Assembly: GCA_977862235.1 (NCBI GenBank)
Contig: OZ374564.1
Coordinates: 1,612,001-1,676,000, forward strand
Reading direction: 5' to 3'
DNA from: Dudresnaya verticillata
Taxonomy: Eukaryota
Length of the DNA stretch: 64,000 bases
The translations under genes were made by a program, and so were the position numbers. Each line of letters opens with the position of its first letter. Position 1 is the first letter of the stretch. The notes under the pieces are model-generated. The model saw nothing but the letters and a program-made list of their open reading frames with translations, had not been told where the DNA came from and did not search any database. Shown here piece by piece: positions 34,335-47,016 of this stretch.

Positions 34335-36648
34335 TTTCCCAAAGACAGACACTTCGTAAAATCCACAAACTCTCTTTCTCATTGTTGAAGATTAGGCAGC
34401 TTTGGGTTCTGGATGGGGCAAAGGGACGATAACTGCAATCGTTGTAAAAACGTCTTTTCTGCACTGTTGTACCTCCCAATCTCACTGCAAGAACGCCTCC
34501 CCGTGCACGGAGTGCTTAGCTATCGGTCCATATCTCCCGAACAAAATGATCTTGAACAACAAGTAGAGTTAAACAAGAGTATTGCGCTGGATTGGAAGCA
34601 AGAGCAGAGACCATAACTTAGCTTTAGAAGGTACGTGATTGAATCTGCTAGGTAGTGCATAGACTACAGTATTGCACTCCAGATGCACAGGTATCTACAA
34701 CTGATGGCCAAGAAGAGCTGAAGCTGTGGACCACCACGCCTCCTAACCGGGGCGGTAAATTTTCTCCTAGTCCCATGCAGTAAAAAAGCTACCCAGCTAC
34801 GCACCAGTTCCAAAGTCTTAACTGCAACACAGTACCGAGACTCATCTTCGAGAATTCCTTTGATCTCTTCTGAGAAATCTATTGTTGCTAGCCGGGAGCG
34901 CTTATTTTTGAGGTTGTGGTGATGCGATGTCAAGGAGCCCGACGTCCGTTCATACAGATCATTTCATCCGATGGTCCATTGCGGAATCCATGCAAGGCTC
35001 CCCCAATACGTTCAGAGTGCGTAACAAAAGTAAGTCTAGTTCTGTTTAAATGCTTTAGTGCCTTTTTGCACTGTTCTGGCCTTCTGGGAGAGAGCGGAGA
35101 GACATAATGATACTAATGTACTTTATTCGGCAATGTATTTGTAGTTGACTGTGTGCGCGGAGGTGCCGAGAAAGCGCTTCATTGCGAGTTAGACTTCATT
35201 TCTTAGAGCTTTGGTGTCTGCTCTGGCTGTCAATGGCTGTGGTGCCAATCACGCATTCGCGAATATCGACTTGTTGTAAAGCAGAGCATTCCTACGGAAG
35301 GCTCACCCTGCCCATCACTTCCAGCATGTCCTACTCGTCTGCAGTTTCCAATAATCAAAATGGTTACAGCATTACATCGAATGTGAGTTGCCTGGTAGGT
35401 CGCTTGTACGGAAGCTCTCGCCATCGACATTATTATTTAAGTCGAAAACTGTAACAGAACCCCAGCACAGATCATTTGATGAAGATCGCTGTATAATAAT
35501 AAATGGTTGTCATTTTCATGAAGTGGAGTTAGCAACAGAATACCCTTCAATAACATTCACGGGGGACCACAAAGCATACCGTGTTGGCAACAATGAGCAC
35601 ACAGGAGCATTGCATGTTTGCGTTGTAATCATCTCCTGCACAGCCGCTTATCGGCGCACTACGCAGCAATAGGCATGGTGCATTGCTTAATTGTAATCAT
35701 GACTGACGGGCTCAGCCGGCCTCCTGTCTAAAGTTTAAACGAATACAGGCAGGTTGGCTGTTCAGGTTGCCACGAAAGCAACAATTTGCTGGCATGGTTG
35801 TCCCGAGAATCACCAACTACTCTTCTTCAAGGTCTCGTGGAAGGGCACATTGAATGCAGCTCGAATAACCATGGCCAGAGGGATGGAAAATGTTTTTCGC
35901 AACATGAGAAGGGCATAGCTGCTGACAACTTTAGGACGACTTCGTCCACGAAGAGACAGTTGAACCCAGATCACTCACCTTTAGGCCCCCAAACACAGAC
36001 ACTCAAGGAAAACGGCCGTGTCCAAAGTTAATAATCTGTACAGAAGGTGAAGTCCAATTGTTGCCCTGTTCAATGATGGAAAAGGTAACTCTTCATGGAG
36101 AAGAGTCTCAGAGACGGGAATTGGTTCAACAACAAATATTGGTCCCAGAAAAGGCCCCCTGGTCAGATGCCAATTCCAACAGGTGGTCGCAAGTCGCAGC
36201 GTGCAAACCTTGAAAATCGCTGATGTTTGTTGTCTTATAGCACGGTAGATAAGATACGCGCTGCGCTTGTGCATAAGCCAGACACAGACGCAGTATCGCA
36301 TCGGACTCGCATTTGAAATAGTCGAAAGATGCACGGCGCTTGAACTCTTTCAAGGCTCGACGACAATAGGCTGACTTGATCTCCGCGGCACTGCTCTCAC
36401 CCAGCCGCAAGGAACGACTTGGTGGGGATAATCGGTAAGAAATGTGCTGAGGATATATGAGAATAAATGGATGTTTATGAGGAGATATGTGTGTGGGAAC
36501 TGAACAAACTCATTATGGAACGCATTTTTCGCAGTGCGTCGCGCCGGACAGCAGTGCAGTGCGCAAACATTGCTGGTCAAACGTCATTGGGTGGAATCGA
36601 GATTTGTGCTACTCCTTCCGGTCACAGTCTGCGGAAAGAGAGAGAGAG

Positions 36649-37407
36649 TTTGTCCACTTTATTGAGATCCTGTATGGAGGGAGGGGGCCATTGTGGATAT
36701 TTGATGTTTTCTCGCTCTGTGTTGCGTACTGCCTTGCGCGTTAAACTTCTTCCGTTCTGTTCTTCTAACCAGCCACACTTGCGAGGAGGCATGCCGCGTT
36801 GCGCTTGACTAGTGTTGCCGCAATGTGTGAGAAGCATCGCTTGCGAGAAGAGCTGCGCGATTCGTTGAATCTATCTAACTTGTATCCTTGATGGATATTT
36901 GTTTAGAGATATTGCATTACATGCATGCAATATCAGATCAATACAATATTGCTAAGATACAATACTTCCACTTATACAGTAGTAACGTCTATATTGTTGT
37001 TGACTTTCTGAACTACTAGAATACCATCTCAAGCTGAGAAGTAGAAAGTCTATAAGAACCCTCAATGGTTTGTTCATTCTTGATCTAAGGCATCAGAACA
37101 AGAAGAACTATTATAACACATTCAATTACACTTTCTTATTTGATCTATCCATTTATCTTGTCTTATCTTTCTTCCTCATAACGTGTTTCCCTCCTCTTTA
37201 TTAAGAATCATGAAGCTCGGGCGTCCGCGATGGCTTGTATGTACGTCCGAGCTTTGCCTGCCCAGCCGCCGACGGTTTGAAGTGCGAAGGGTAATAACGA
37301 GAAGCCGTCACCCAACTCCTCCATGAGGTCGCCGTAGTGCGAGGCCTTCGCTGTAGTGGCCAGCTTGAGGGTTTGGTCCGGAGAAGTCGCCGTGGCGTTG
37401 ACTCGAA

Positions 37408-37412
<5 letters not shown>
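36649..37412 (-). mobile_element. Second, shorter copy of the same RLE element, interrupted by a 333-bp insert
   Basis: Direct similarity to 37462..37880; ends AATAAAGTGGACAAA + (CT)n. Confidence 0.85.
36872..37204. mobile_element. AT-rich insertion with 5-bp TSD GAATC (solo-LTR-like)
   Basis: GAATC at 36867 and 37205; the uninterrupted copy has a single GAATC at 37683. Confidence 0.75.
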
Positions 37413-37458
<46 letters not shown>

Positions 37459-37461
37459 GAG

Positions 37462-38304
37462 TTTGTTCACTTTATTGGGATCCTGTATGGAGGGAGGAGG
37501 CCATTGTGGATATCTGATGTTTTCTCGCTCTGCGTTGCGTACTGCCTAGCGCGTTAAACGTCTTCCGTTCTGTTCTTCTAACCAGCCACACTTGCGAGGA
37601 GGAGGCATGCAGCGTTGCGCTTGACTAGCGTTGCCGCAATGTGTGAGAAGCATCGCTTGCGAGAGGAGCTGCGCGATTCGTTGAATCGTGAGGCTCGGGC
37701 GTCCGCGATGGCTTGTATGTAGGCCCGCGCTTTGTCTGCCCAGCCGCCGACGGTTTGAAGTGCGAAAGGTAATAGCGAATAACCGTCACCCAACTCCTCC
37801 ATGAGGTCACCGTGGTGGGAGGCCTTCGCTGCAGTGGCCAGCTTGAGGGTTTGGTCCGGAGAAGTCGCCGTGGCGTCGACTCGGGCCGAGGTAAGTGGAT
37901 GGACGACAACCACATCTATCAGAACACGGTCTCCATTACCACCCATCGCCGAAATGTCAGGTCGGTTTCTGTGCGCGCCGCCTGTGTCCCTTGGCTATAT
38001 GACTGGGTGCCGCGCGGCCTCGGCGAGGCGTGTAGCAGCGGCCCGGACGATAGCATCGTGTCGGTTAATGCGCATTGGGCCGTGCGGGCACGTCAACGCG
38101 TGGTCGCCGAACTGGTCCATCTCCGCTCCGCATCCAGGTCTGCCGCACCTTTCACGCTCGTTGAACAGAGGGGAGGAGCAATAGAACTTAAACCATGTTC
38201 GAAATTCGCGAGGAGAGATGTGGGATTGGAAGGCTTGGCAAGGAGTGCAGTTGAGCCAGTCTTTTGCACCGGGCAGCCCCATGCACTTGCGAAGCGCAAT
38301 GGTT

Positions 38305-38306
<2 letters not shown>
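37462..38306 (-). mobile_element. 5'-truncated RLE-type (CRE-like) non-LTR retrotransposon between two (CT)n tracts
   Basis: CCHC (CGRPGC...DHALTC), RHD, RPDI...LIDVVV, K, PFALQTVGGW; one in-frame stop at 37995; 3' UTR with AATAAA followed by (CT)n. Confidence 0.88.
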
Positions 38307-38383
<77 letters not shown>

Positions 38384-38400
38384 GAGAGTGAGGGAGAGAG

Positions 38401-38760
38401 TTTGTAGAAATTTACTGATATCCTTTTGGACGGGGAGCGAGGCTGGTTCCTTACATCACATGTTGGGAACGTGGTGTAGAATTTTACTGGGACCCTTTTG
38501 GACGGGGAGCGAGGCTGGTTCCTTAGATCTCATGTTGGGCACGTGGTGACAGCGTATCGCATTAAGAATGAGCTAAGGGAGAGAGAGAGAGAGAGAGTTT
38601 GTGGGACTTTACTGGGACCGTTTGGACGGGGAGAGAGGCTATTTACTTGGATCGCATGTTGGGTGCGTGGCGACAGCGTACCGCGTTAAGAGTGACATAA
38701 AAGACTACGCAGGGTACCGCGTGCCTGGCTTGCTGCTATCCAGCCACACTAGCAAGAAGC
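38401..38760 (-). mobile_element. Three short 3' ends of a related RLE subfamily (mirrored at 33920..34280, +)
   Basis: Encodes the same C-terminus LLASVAG*; each unit ends in AGTAAA..ACA(AA), two of them followed by (CT)n. Confidence 0.7.
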
Positions 38761-39100
38761 GGGTGAGAGCTACGAAAAACAGCGTTGTGCGTCTGTTCAT
38801 CACATTAAGGATTTTCTATTCAAGTTGCTGCTATTCAAAAAAAACCCGCCCGTTGATGACGTTTACCCCCCGTTGATGAACAGCCGAGTGCTCCGACGCC
38901 AAGCGTGCCAAAGGCGGGAAGGCGGGAATGGAAACTATATATCGTTTGAGTGTATGCACTGTATAAATAGCTGAACCTTACTCCCCTTCCCGCCGATCCC
39001 CAAGCCCTGCCCACCCACATACCCACCCCTTTCTCCTCCCTGCAACTTCCCCGCTCATCCTGCGTACATATCGAACACTGCTTCTAAGCAAAAATCATTT

Positions 39101-40042
39101 ATGACAATCATGAGTGACTCGGAAGGCGAGCTAATTGCTGGGCGTTTCGTTCTACGTCATCGTCTCGGGAAAGGCGCTCAAGGGATTGTGTTCTTCGCTG
39201 TTGATCAAAGCGATAATTCCTCTGTCGCAATTAAGGTGCAGAGAGCAGACTATCCAGAATATTTCCTGCTGGACGAGTGCAACATTCTCAAAGAACTCGC
39301 CGAAGGGCCAGGCGCTGTCGTCGGTGTTCCCCGGGTACACTTCTTCGGTCTCGACAATGGGGATGAGGTGATGGTCTTGGACTGCTTGGGCCCTAGCCTC
39401 GAGTGCCTGTTGAAGAAACGAGAGAGTGGATTTCCAGTATCTGATGTCTTGAAGATTGGCTTGCAGGCTATGGATACGCTTGAGGCCGTGCATGCAAAGG
39501 GTTTCATCCATCGCAATGTGTCTCCAGCAAATTTTGTTGTAGGAAAGGAGGACCCTTCCAAAATCTTCCTCATCGACTTTGGGTCTTCCCGAACGTATAT
39601 TCGAAATGGCCTTCATGTGTCGCAAGGTAAGGAGAGAGGCCTCACTGGAACACCGGATTTCGCGTCTGTCAACGCACATCTTAAGATGACACAATCACGA
39701 CGAGATGACTTAATTTCGCTGGGGTACGTGTTGGTATACCTTTTCAAACGTACACTTCCATGGTGCGAGATACCGTTGACGGGTGTAGACATGAAGAAAG
39801 AGAGTGAGCAGATTCGTGAATGTAAGAATGGGACACAGCTCGCAACTCTCTGTGATGGACTGCCAACAGAACTGGAGGCATACTTCCGTAAGGTAGAAGC
39901 AATGCTCTTTGAGGAGACTCCACTGTATGACAGTCTTCGTGGACTCTTAAAAGTTGTTTTGGATACCACGGAGAAAGAGGAAAGCCTGCCCTTCTGCTGG
40001 GAAGCTTCCCACGGTGTAATGAGAGGCGATGCTACAGTATAA
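39101..40042 (+). CDS. Casein kinase 1-like protein, copy 2
   Basis: Identical protein to copy 1 except one A/V change (KVALD versus KVVLD). Confidence 0.9.
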   Translation: MTIMSDSEGELIAGRFVLRHRLGKGAQGIVFFAVDQSDNSSVAIKVQRADYPEYFLLDECNILKELAEGPGAVVGVPRVHFFGLDNGDEVMVLDCLGPSLECLLKKRESGFPVSDVLKIGLQAMDTLEAVHAKGFIHRNVSPANFVVGKEDPSKIFLIDFGSSRTYIRNGLHVSQGKERGLTGTPDFASVNAHLKMTQSRRDDLISLGYVLVYLFKRTLPWCEIPLTGVDMKKESEQIRECKNGTQLATLCDGLPTELEAYFRKVEAMLFEETPLYDSLRGLLKVVLDTTEKEESLPFCWEASHGVMRGDATV

Positions 40043-41608
40043 GTTTAGTTCATGCAATTTTGCGTGAGCTCACTTCGACAACTCAGGCGTTGAAGTGTCC
40101 GACCAGTCCCTGCACAAAACTGTACTTGTCATTAGTATTTAAATGTATGTAATGAAATGCGCTTGATGAGTGCGGGGCGCAACAGGTCTTCCAGGATAAG
40201 CATAAAATTCTCGGCCCAAGACTCTCGGTTGAGTCACAAGCAGATTCGTTTCTTGATGAATTGGCATGTCAGGATCCCGTTGAGCAGCATGGTTTAATTG
40301 TTCATCAACCCCGCGGTGCGCACAACAAGAAAATGGAACAGAAACAAAGCGGGCCTGCCCCCGCCCCCGCCTTGAGCACGGTTTTTGTCAGCAAAGGGAA
40401 CGGAATCCCAGTGGATTTTTCTTCTCTCTTTCCACGAGAGCAGAAGAAAAACAAGTCAGACTGATTTCTCCAAACTCGACGGCGCATGTTCCATGGGATC
40501 GGTATGAGGTGAGACGACTCGCTCAGAAGCTGACGCATGGCAGAAGTGGGACCTAGATCAAACTTGATGCACAAGTCTTTTGAATTATTGTTACTACTTC
40601 GGGATTCCATCAGCAACATGCTCCGCAGTAGGAATCTTCGACAGTTAGATTGTCCCTCCCAGTACTCCAGAATGCATTGATCTCTGTGAAAGGCATTGCA
40701 AAAGGACGCAGAATCATGACCTTGGTAGCTGAAATCCGGCAAATCTCCTAGTGAAGATCTCGAAGGGACTAGAATTGGTGTTCCTAGACCAGTGTTCCCA
40801 GCGTACTTCCTCGAGGAGAATGCGGCCAGCGACGTAAACATCTATTTCTGTGCTGATGCCTCCTTAGCAGTCACCTCGGTATGGCGTCATCATGCCGGAG
40901 CAGGGGCATTGTCTGTTACCGTCAGCATGACCACGACAGCAATCCTCGTTTTGTGCTTGTCTTGTTGGTTTTCCGGTTTCGAAAGCCGAAGGGTCTCGTT
41001 GCCTCGATGTTGCCGGCGCGTTGATTACAGCAATTGTTGGGAGAAGTGCGTGGAATTGTCGCGGTGCCATTGCGAAAAGAACGTAAATAAATGATTGGTC
41101 CCCTCCAACCTATTTTTGGGCGCGCGAGAAGCGGAGCAGATGTTCGATGAGAAGCACCACAGCGGAGCGATAAAGAGCGCTTGACCACTGAACGCACCGA
41201 TTAATGAAGGGCAAACATCACCAAGAGGCTCACCAAGACCAGCACTTTGTGCAGTTTGGTGGTATACTGCAGGTCTACTCCGACGTCATGCAATGCAGGT
41301 CTACTCCGCCGTCATGCAAGCGAACTGGTTGCCCACTTCTCTAAACTCGGCAACAGGAAGAATTGCACCAGCGCCATAGGCCTTTTTCTGATCTGCACGT
41401 GAAGGAGGCGCCTGGAATCGGTTATTGCTAACAAGTGCCACTGCCCAACCTCGCGGATGGTCAAGCAGATGTTGCACAAAGCATTATAAATGCCCAGGAT
41501 GTGTACGTGAACAGCCCAGCCCATCCCGGACAGGCGCAAGCAGTGCCCGCTGAAGCAAATCAGAAGCAAGTTCCACACCGGATTCGGACGCCCAGCCGTT
41601 TGTACAAC

Positions 41609-42331
41609 ATGAAGACGTTCAGGGCCTTCCTCGTGCTCACAGCGGCAGCTGCTGTGCTTTTCCTGGTGACGCCTGCGAGAGCAGACTTTGGAAGCTCAGC
41701 GGCTGCGGCCCGCGCCGCTCTGAAAAATCCAACGTACACCGCGGTGGTGCGCGCGCTTCGCATGGTGCTCGACTCCACGATCTACGACCGGCCGAACGCG
41801 TTTCAGTTGCACTGGCTACGCACTTGGGCGAGAGACCTGACCCTCCGACTGGCCGAGCTCGGGACGACGCCGGGGGTGTGCCGCAAGCTGGACCCGAACT
41901 TTGGGGCGGTGCGGATAGGCGCGCGGCAGATGGTAGAGAAGAAGAAGAAGAGCGAGAAGGAGAATGAACGTGGAGACCAGATCAAGATGTTGCGCGGGGA
42001 AGAGCCTGTGGCAGTGAAGGAAGAGACGGAGAGAGGTGTTGTGAAGGGGCCTGGAGGGTCGGTTGCTCGGTTCGGCACCGAGGATGAGAACAATTGTATG
42101 GGGAAGCGGGACAGCGGTGGTATCAGCTGGCAGAGCTACTGCCTGTCGTGCGTGGAGAACGCTTGCCTTTCCAACGAGGCCACGTGCCGGTGCTACCGCA
42201 CGCTGTACGGAGGCGGAATTTTTACTTGGCACTGGATCGCCACCCGCGCGCGGCAGGACTGCCTGTTCCAGTCCAACTACTGCGAGCAGAAGCGGCTTGC
42301 TAACATCGCATACAACACAAGGGGTTGCTAG
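41609..42331 (+). CDS. Secreted protein with a Cys-rich C-terminal domain
   Basis: Signal peptide MKTFRAFLVLTAAAAVLFLVTPARA, charged linker, 9 Cys in the last 80 aa. Confidence 0.75.
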   Translation: MKTFRAFLVLTAAAAVLFLVTPARADFGSSAAAARAALKNPTYTAVVRALRMVLDSTIYDRPNAFQLHWLRTWARDLTLRLAELGTTPGVCRKLDPNFGAVRIGARQMVEKKKKSEKENERGDQIKMLRGEEPVAVKEETERGVVKGPGGSVARFGTEDENNCMGKRDSGGISWQSYCLSCVENACLSNEATCRCYRTLYGGGIFTWHWIATRARQDCLFQSNYCEQKRLANIAYNTRGC

Positions 42332-42612
42332 TTCGGGCAACTACATACATACAGACGAATGTATGCAGTAACGTGTTAGTAGTAAAAGTGTGCAGCGCTT
42401 TCGTTTTTTCTGCGAAGCTGACAGTCACGGCGAGGAAAGCGGAGTGCCCGTACCGCACGGATCAGTCCGCGACGACCCTAATAATACGCCTATGGCGTAT
42501 AATCACCGCTATTGCGGGAGATTGGGACACACACCAAAACCACACACGAGAGCCACGTCCGTGATCCGCGCGTCCCCGCCACTCTTCCCCGGCTCTGCCG
42601 CCCCCGCCCGCC

Positions 42613-43605
42613 ATGAAATTCCGCTCCGCCGCCGCGGCCGTCGCCCCGATCGCGGCCGTCGCCCTCGTCGCCGCGCTGGCCCATCTGCACCTGACCTGGC
42701 GCCGCGACACTGCCGCCCATCCGTCCTCGCCAGAGCGGCAGCGGCAGCAGCAGCGGCAGCAGAAGAAGCAGCAACCGGCTGCCGCAAAGCCAAACACCGC
42801 AGACCTCTCGTGCTTCTTGTACGACCGCCCGCCGCGCACTGGGTCGACAACCGTCTCCCATGCGCTTAAGAACTGCACCGTGGGGCATCACAACATGACC
42901 ACGCTGCGCTACGAGCACCTGCAGGACGAGTACGCGCTGCTCTCCAATCTGTTTTCGTATGGCAAGGGGCGCTTCCGCGTCATGGTGTCCAAGCACGTCA
43001 AGCTGTCATCGTCGGACTTGTCGGCCATCCGCGCGCGGTGCTCGCGGCTGTTCTACGTGTCGTCGGCGCGGCCCATGCGTGAGCGGCTATGGTCGCGCGG
43101 CAAGTACGTCTTTGTGAATGGGCACACTAACGGCACGCTGGACGAGGCTGATAGCTTGCGCGCACAGAGACGCATGGAGAAGCAGAATGAGTGGTACGAG
43201 GCGTATCTGGAGAACAACCCGTACCTCAAGCGCGGCGGGGTGGCTGGGGATGTGCCGGAGCGGGAGCGGCTGGTGCCGGACTATGTGCTGCGCAACGGGC
43301 GCAACGGGCACTTTGCAGAGGACCTTGGGCAGCTACTGACGGCGCTGCGCTGCCGGGCGGACTTTACGGCGGTGAATGTGCACCAGAGCGAGCAGGACGA
43401 GGTTGTTCTCCAGGGGTTGCGGTTGAAACATGGCGACGCGACTTACAAGCGGCTAATGAAAGTTTCAGAGCGCAATGAGCAGGGCCTCGAAAAGGCCAGG
43501 CGGTTTATCGACGAGGTTTTGAAGGAGCGCCACGAGATGGCTGCGGCAGTGCGTGGCGACAAAGAAACGAAGCAGGCGGAGAAGAAAGGCCGACAGAAGG
43601 GGTAG
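42613..43605 (+). CDS. Type II membrane sulfotransferase-like protein
   Basis: N-terminal signal anchor and Gln-rich stem; 5'-PSB-like RPPRTGSTT and 3'-PB-like RPMRERLWS motifs. Confidence 0.7.
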   Translation: MKFRSAAAAVAPIAAVALVAALAHLHLTWRRDTAAHPSSPERQRQQQRQQKKQQPAAAKPNTADLSCFLYDRPPRTGSTTVSHALKNCTVGHHNMTTLRYEHLQDEYALLSNLFSYGKGRFRVMVSKHVKLSSSDLSAIRARCSRLFYVSSARPMRERLWSRGKYVFVNGHTNGTLDEADSLRAQRRMEKQNEWYEAYLENNPYLKRGGVAGDVPERERLVPDYVLRNGRNGHFAEDLGQLLTALRCRADFTAVNVHQSEQDEVVLQGLRLKHGDATYKRLMKVSERNEQGLEKARRFIDEVLKERHEMAAAVRGDKETKQAEKKGRQKG

Positions 43606-45080
43606 CAGGGCATTGTTCGGGACCAGGGCTGTGCTGCCGCGCGGGGCGGTGACAGGAAGAAGAGCAAGGCGTGAGGGCGAAAAGCGGTGTGGACGGCAAA
43701 GTTTTGTTTTGTTGCAGCGACGTCGAATGGACGACAGGGCGTCACAATGTTATTGTCACAGTGCGTTATGTTTGCCGGAGCACATGCGGCAGAATGTTCC
43801 ATCTTGGCGTGTATGTGTGCATGTGTGCGTGTGTGCGTTGTGCTCACGTTTGCTTGTGCGTGGGGAGCGCGGGCGGGCAGCTTTGGCTGCAGATCAGTGG
43901 GGGAGTCGGGGACGTGCAGATACGGTACGGTTTGGGGTGGAAGTTTACGACGCGCGGGCTGCGGAGAGGGCAGGAGACAGCCCGCGGGTCCGGTCCGTCT
44001 GGTTGAGGACAGCACAATGCGCATTAATCGTCTCAGCGGTGTGTTTCGTACATAATCGCGGAAACTAACTCGGCAACACGAACTCACGCGAGCTCCACTC
44101 CCTACCCATCGCACTTAGGTACTTTCCCGACACCGTCGTCGGACCTGCACCATGCGTTCCTTCGCCACAACTCTCTCCTTGTTCAGCCGTCCCCACCTCA
44201 GCACCGAACTTCTCTCGCAAGTTTGATTCCGCTATCTCCGATAATAGGCCTTCGTTGCCGATGCGCACGCACGTAACATTGCATAACAGAGCCCTCTCAA
44301 TCAAGGTCACTACCACTCCCTACATGCGCTGAGGTTCTTCAGTCGGAGGCCTAGTAACCCTTTCGAAGCTCCGCAGCTACTCAGATCAATAACGAGCATT
44401 GATGTTGGTCACTCACAACTTGTGAGCGACAAACTGACCGCCCCTGTGTTGGGTAGAATTCTCTCAGCCCTGTTGCAGTGTGCACCCTTTTTCTTGCCTC
44501 GTCAGTATTGTTCCCCATCTCTCTCTCTCTTTCTCTCTCTCTCTCTGTTCTGCTCGTAGTTGTGGACCACCTCCGCCACGTTTCCATCCTATTCCTGGCG
44601 ACATGGGGTTCCTGGCGACTTGCGAGACCATCTCTATTACAGTCGCCCGCCTCACCACCATCATCGCCAACGAGATGGGGTTTGCCAAATGCATCCGCGA
44701 TCGTGATCGTGTACCACAACAATGGCTCCTTTCAGAAGCTCAGATCGCGCCCAGCCTGAAAACTAGCAGACCCAAAATCGGCCTGCGCATGACCCATGAC
44801 TGAGACGTGCACCTCATATGCCGACTCACTTGTTATTTGCCTACAACTGTACAGTATGACCCGCCCGAGCTCAGTTCTAGTTCTCGTTTGTCCACTGACA
44901 CTCATAGGCCTAATGAATTTTCAATGGTACCGTCCAAGGTAGCTCTCTTCTTCCAGCTCTATTAAACCTGCGCAGTACCCGGAGCGGCCTTTGTACAGTC
45001 TCTCACTTGAGTCTTGTTCGTTTCGAAAGGGCAAAACCGTCGTCATAACCGCGTCGCACTGAAGAGCCGTTTTCGTTACT

Positions 45081-45485
45081 ATGAGTTCACGATCCACCCA
45101 TTTCGCAGTTCTTCTGATCACTGTGACCTTGCTCCTGGCTGCCCTGGTTTCTGCCGAGGGAGTCAAGGGTTCAATCAGGCAACTGCCGCCTAACCTACCG
45201 CCTGATTTGCCGAAAGTATACCTGAAGGAAAAGAGTCTGGACGTTGGGCGCTGTTTCTGTTTTCTCCTCGTTTCAAAGACAATTAAGATTGCCGCCGGAC
45301 AAAAAAGCGTGGTCAATGGTTGTATCTTTCTGTTTGGGAAGAAAAAGAACGTTCTCAGGCTGGAGAAGAGCTGTGGTTCCTTCAAGAAGAAGGGAAAGAT
45401 TAACCTTAAGAAGCTGGTAAAGGCCACGAACAAGCTCATTAAGAAGTGTAATCCTGGTGGCACGAAGATCGTGCTTGATGATTAA
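45081..45485 (+). CDS. Small secreted Lys-rich, Cys-containing protein
   Basis: Signal peptide FAVLLITVTLLLAALVSA; strongly basic mature part. Confidence 0.65.
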   Translation: MSSRSTHFAVLLITVTLLLAALVSAEGVKGSIRQLPPNLPPDLPKVYLKEKSLDVGRCFCFLLVSKTIKIAAGQKSVVNGCIFLFGKKKNVLRLEKSCGSFKKKGKINLKKLVKATNKLIKKCNPGGTKIVLDD

Positions 45486-47016
45486 CAACCTTCTTTTCCA
45501 ATCATTGTTTCTGCTCTTCAAGGCGAACATTCAGAGTATTCAATTCTCGATGATGCCCATAGAAGCTGTAACAATTTTCAAACTGGATTACAAGACGTTA
45601 CCCGACCTGGGACTAAGCGAATGAGGTGCCCCACAAAGAAAGAAATCCCGGAGTCCCGGAGTAATAAGATTCTGCTGTGCAAACGTGCAGTACGGTAAAT
45701 GGATAGATGAAGTACGTCCAGCTTGAGGAGGGACGACTATGTCTACGTATTCAGAATTATCCTGAGTAGCAGTGATCGCACCTACTTGACTCTGCGACAC
45801 CAAATATGCATGAGATTTGCTGCCGTCATAGATTGAAATAAAGGCGGAGCATTTGTTGTCTCACGAAACCGATCTGACCAGGCGGGTACGGGTAATATTC
45901 ACAATGGTGGTTTGTAGAACCAGTGAGCTGTGTTGCGACAAACTGAGCTTAGAGGAGAGGACATCGCGTTCTGTTACGGGCGAGGTATCTCGGCGAGCAC
46001 CTTACTATTGTTGCACTCTGAATCTGGCGATTAAAGGGATTCTTGCTTGTTTGCTTGCTATTGTTGCTCCCTCTACTACCCGCGCTGTGTCTACGGCTGC
46101 TGTAATTCCTGCAGGGGCCGCCCAAGTCGCTGAACGGGGCAAGCATCGCAAGTACCGCACAACTTGCGTAGCAAATTCTATTACGTTTCAGCCGCTGGGC
46201 ATTGACATTCGCGGCGGCATTGGTCCCGAATGCCGTTGTTGTATTTTATTTGTTGTTTAATGTGGTCCGAATGCCGTAGTGCACTCCAATAGCTCTCGCT
46301 GCTTTCCTAGCCAAACACCGGGGGACAAATCCTCCCTCCACTGAATACCATTCGTTAGTTTTACCACTGGTTTCCCGCATGCTCGTGCACCCGGAGGTCG
46401 AGGCTGCATCATAAATAAATAACGGTCTTGCCCCCTCACATACACCTAGTTTTTGTAGTGCAAGAAAGCAGCTCCCTCTCCCAAAAAGAAGTTTACGTTA
46501 CGCTCTTAGGTTCCAGATACAGATGCAATGTACGCTTGAAAAGTCCATTAGAGTGATTCCACCTCCAGACTCTTCTTCAGCCATATCTGCAAACCCAGCA
46601 TGGGTGACAGGGACAACGTCAAGATAATATCTGTAAATTTACTGGTAAATACAAAATTGCACAGTTCTCGAGTTCGGTAGTTCGGTAGTTCATTCGGGAC
46701 AAATGCAGATTAGTAACAGTGCTACCGGAACCTTGTACGCTTGCATCGGCTAACAAACGGCGTCATCAGCCCTTGACATTGTCAGTATTTTCTCATCTCT
46801 GATGCATTCCATCGCACACAGTGCCAAAACTTTTCGGGCTGTCTAAGGCTTTTCCTATAGTGCGATTGCGGACAAGTTCCTATACCCTGCTGCGGCTGCT
46901 TCCACATGGAAGAATTGCTTGAACGCAATATATGATGTAGTAAATCTCGTTTGTTTCCTTTACCACTGAACCCTCTTTCCTATCAAACCTCCAGTTTTAA
47001 CGTTAATGTGCTGCAT

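Larger units (their letters stand above)
32432..40248. repeat. Inverted duplication: arms about 32432..34332 and 38348..40248, 4-kb spacer
   Basis: Mirror ORF sets with a constant coordinate sum of 72680; arms nearly identical. Confidence 0.95.
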
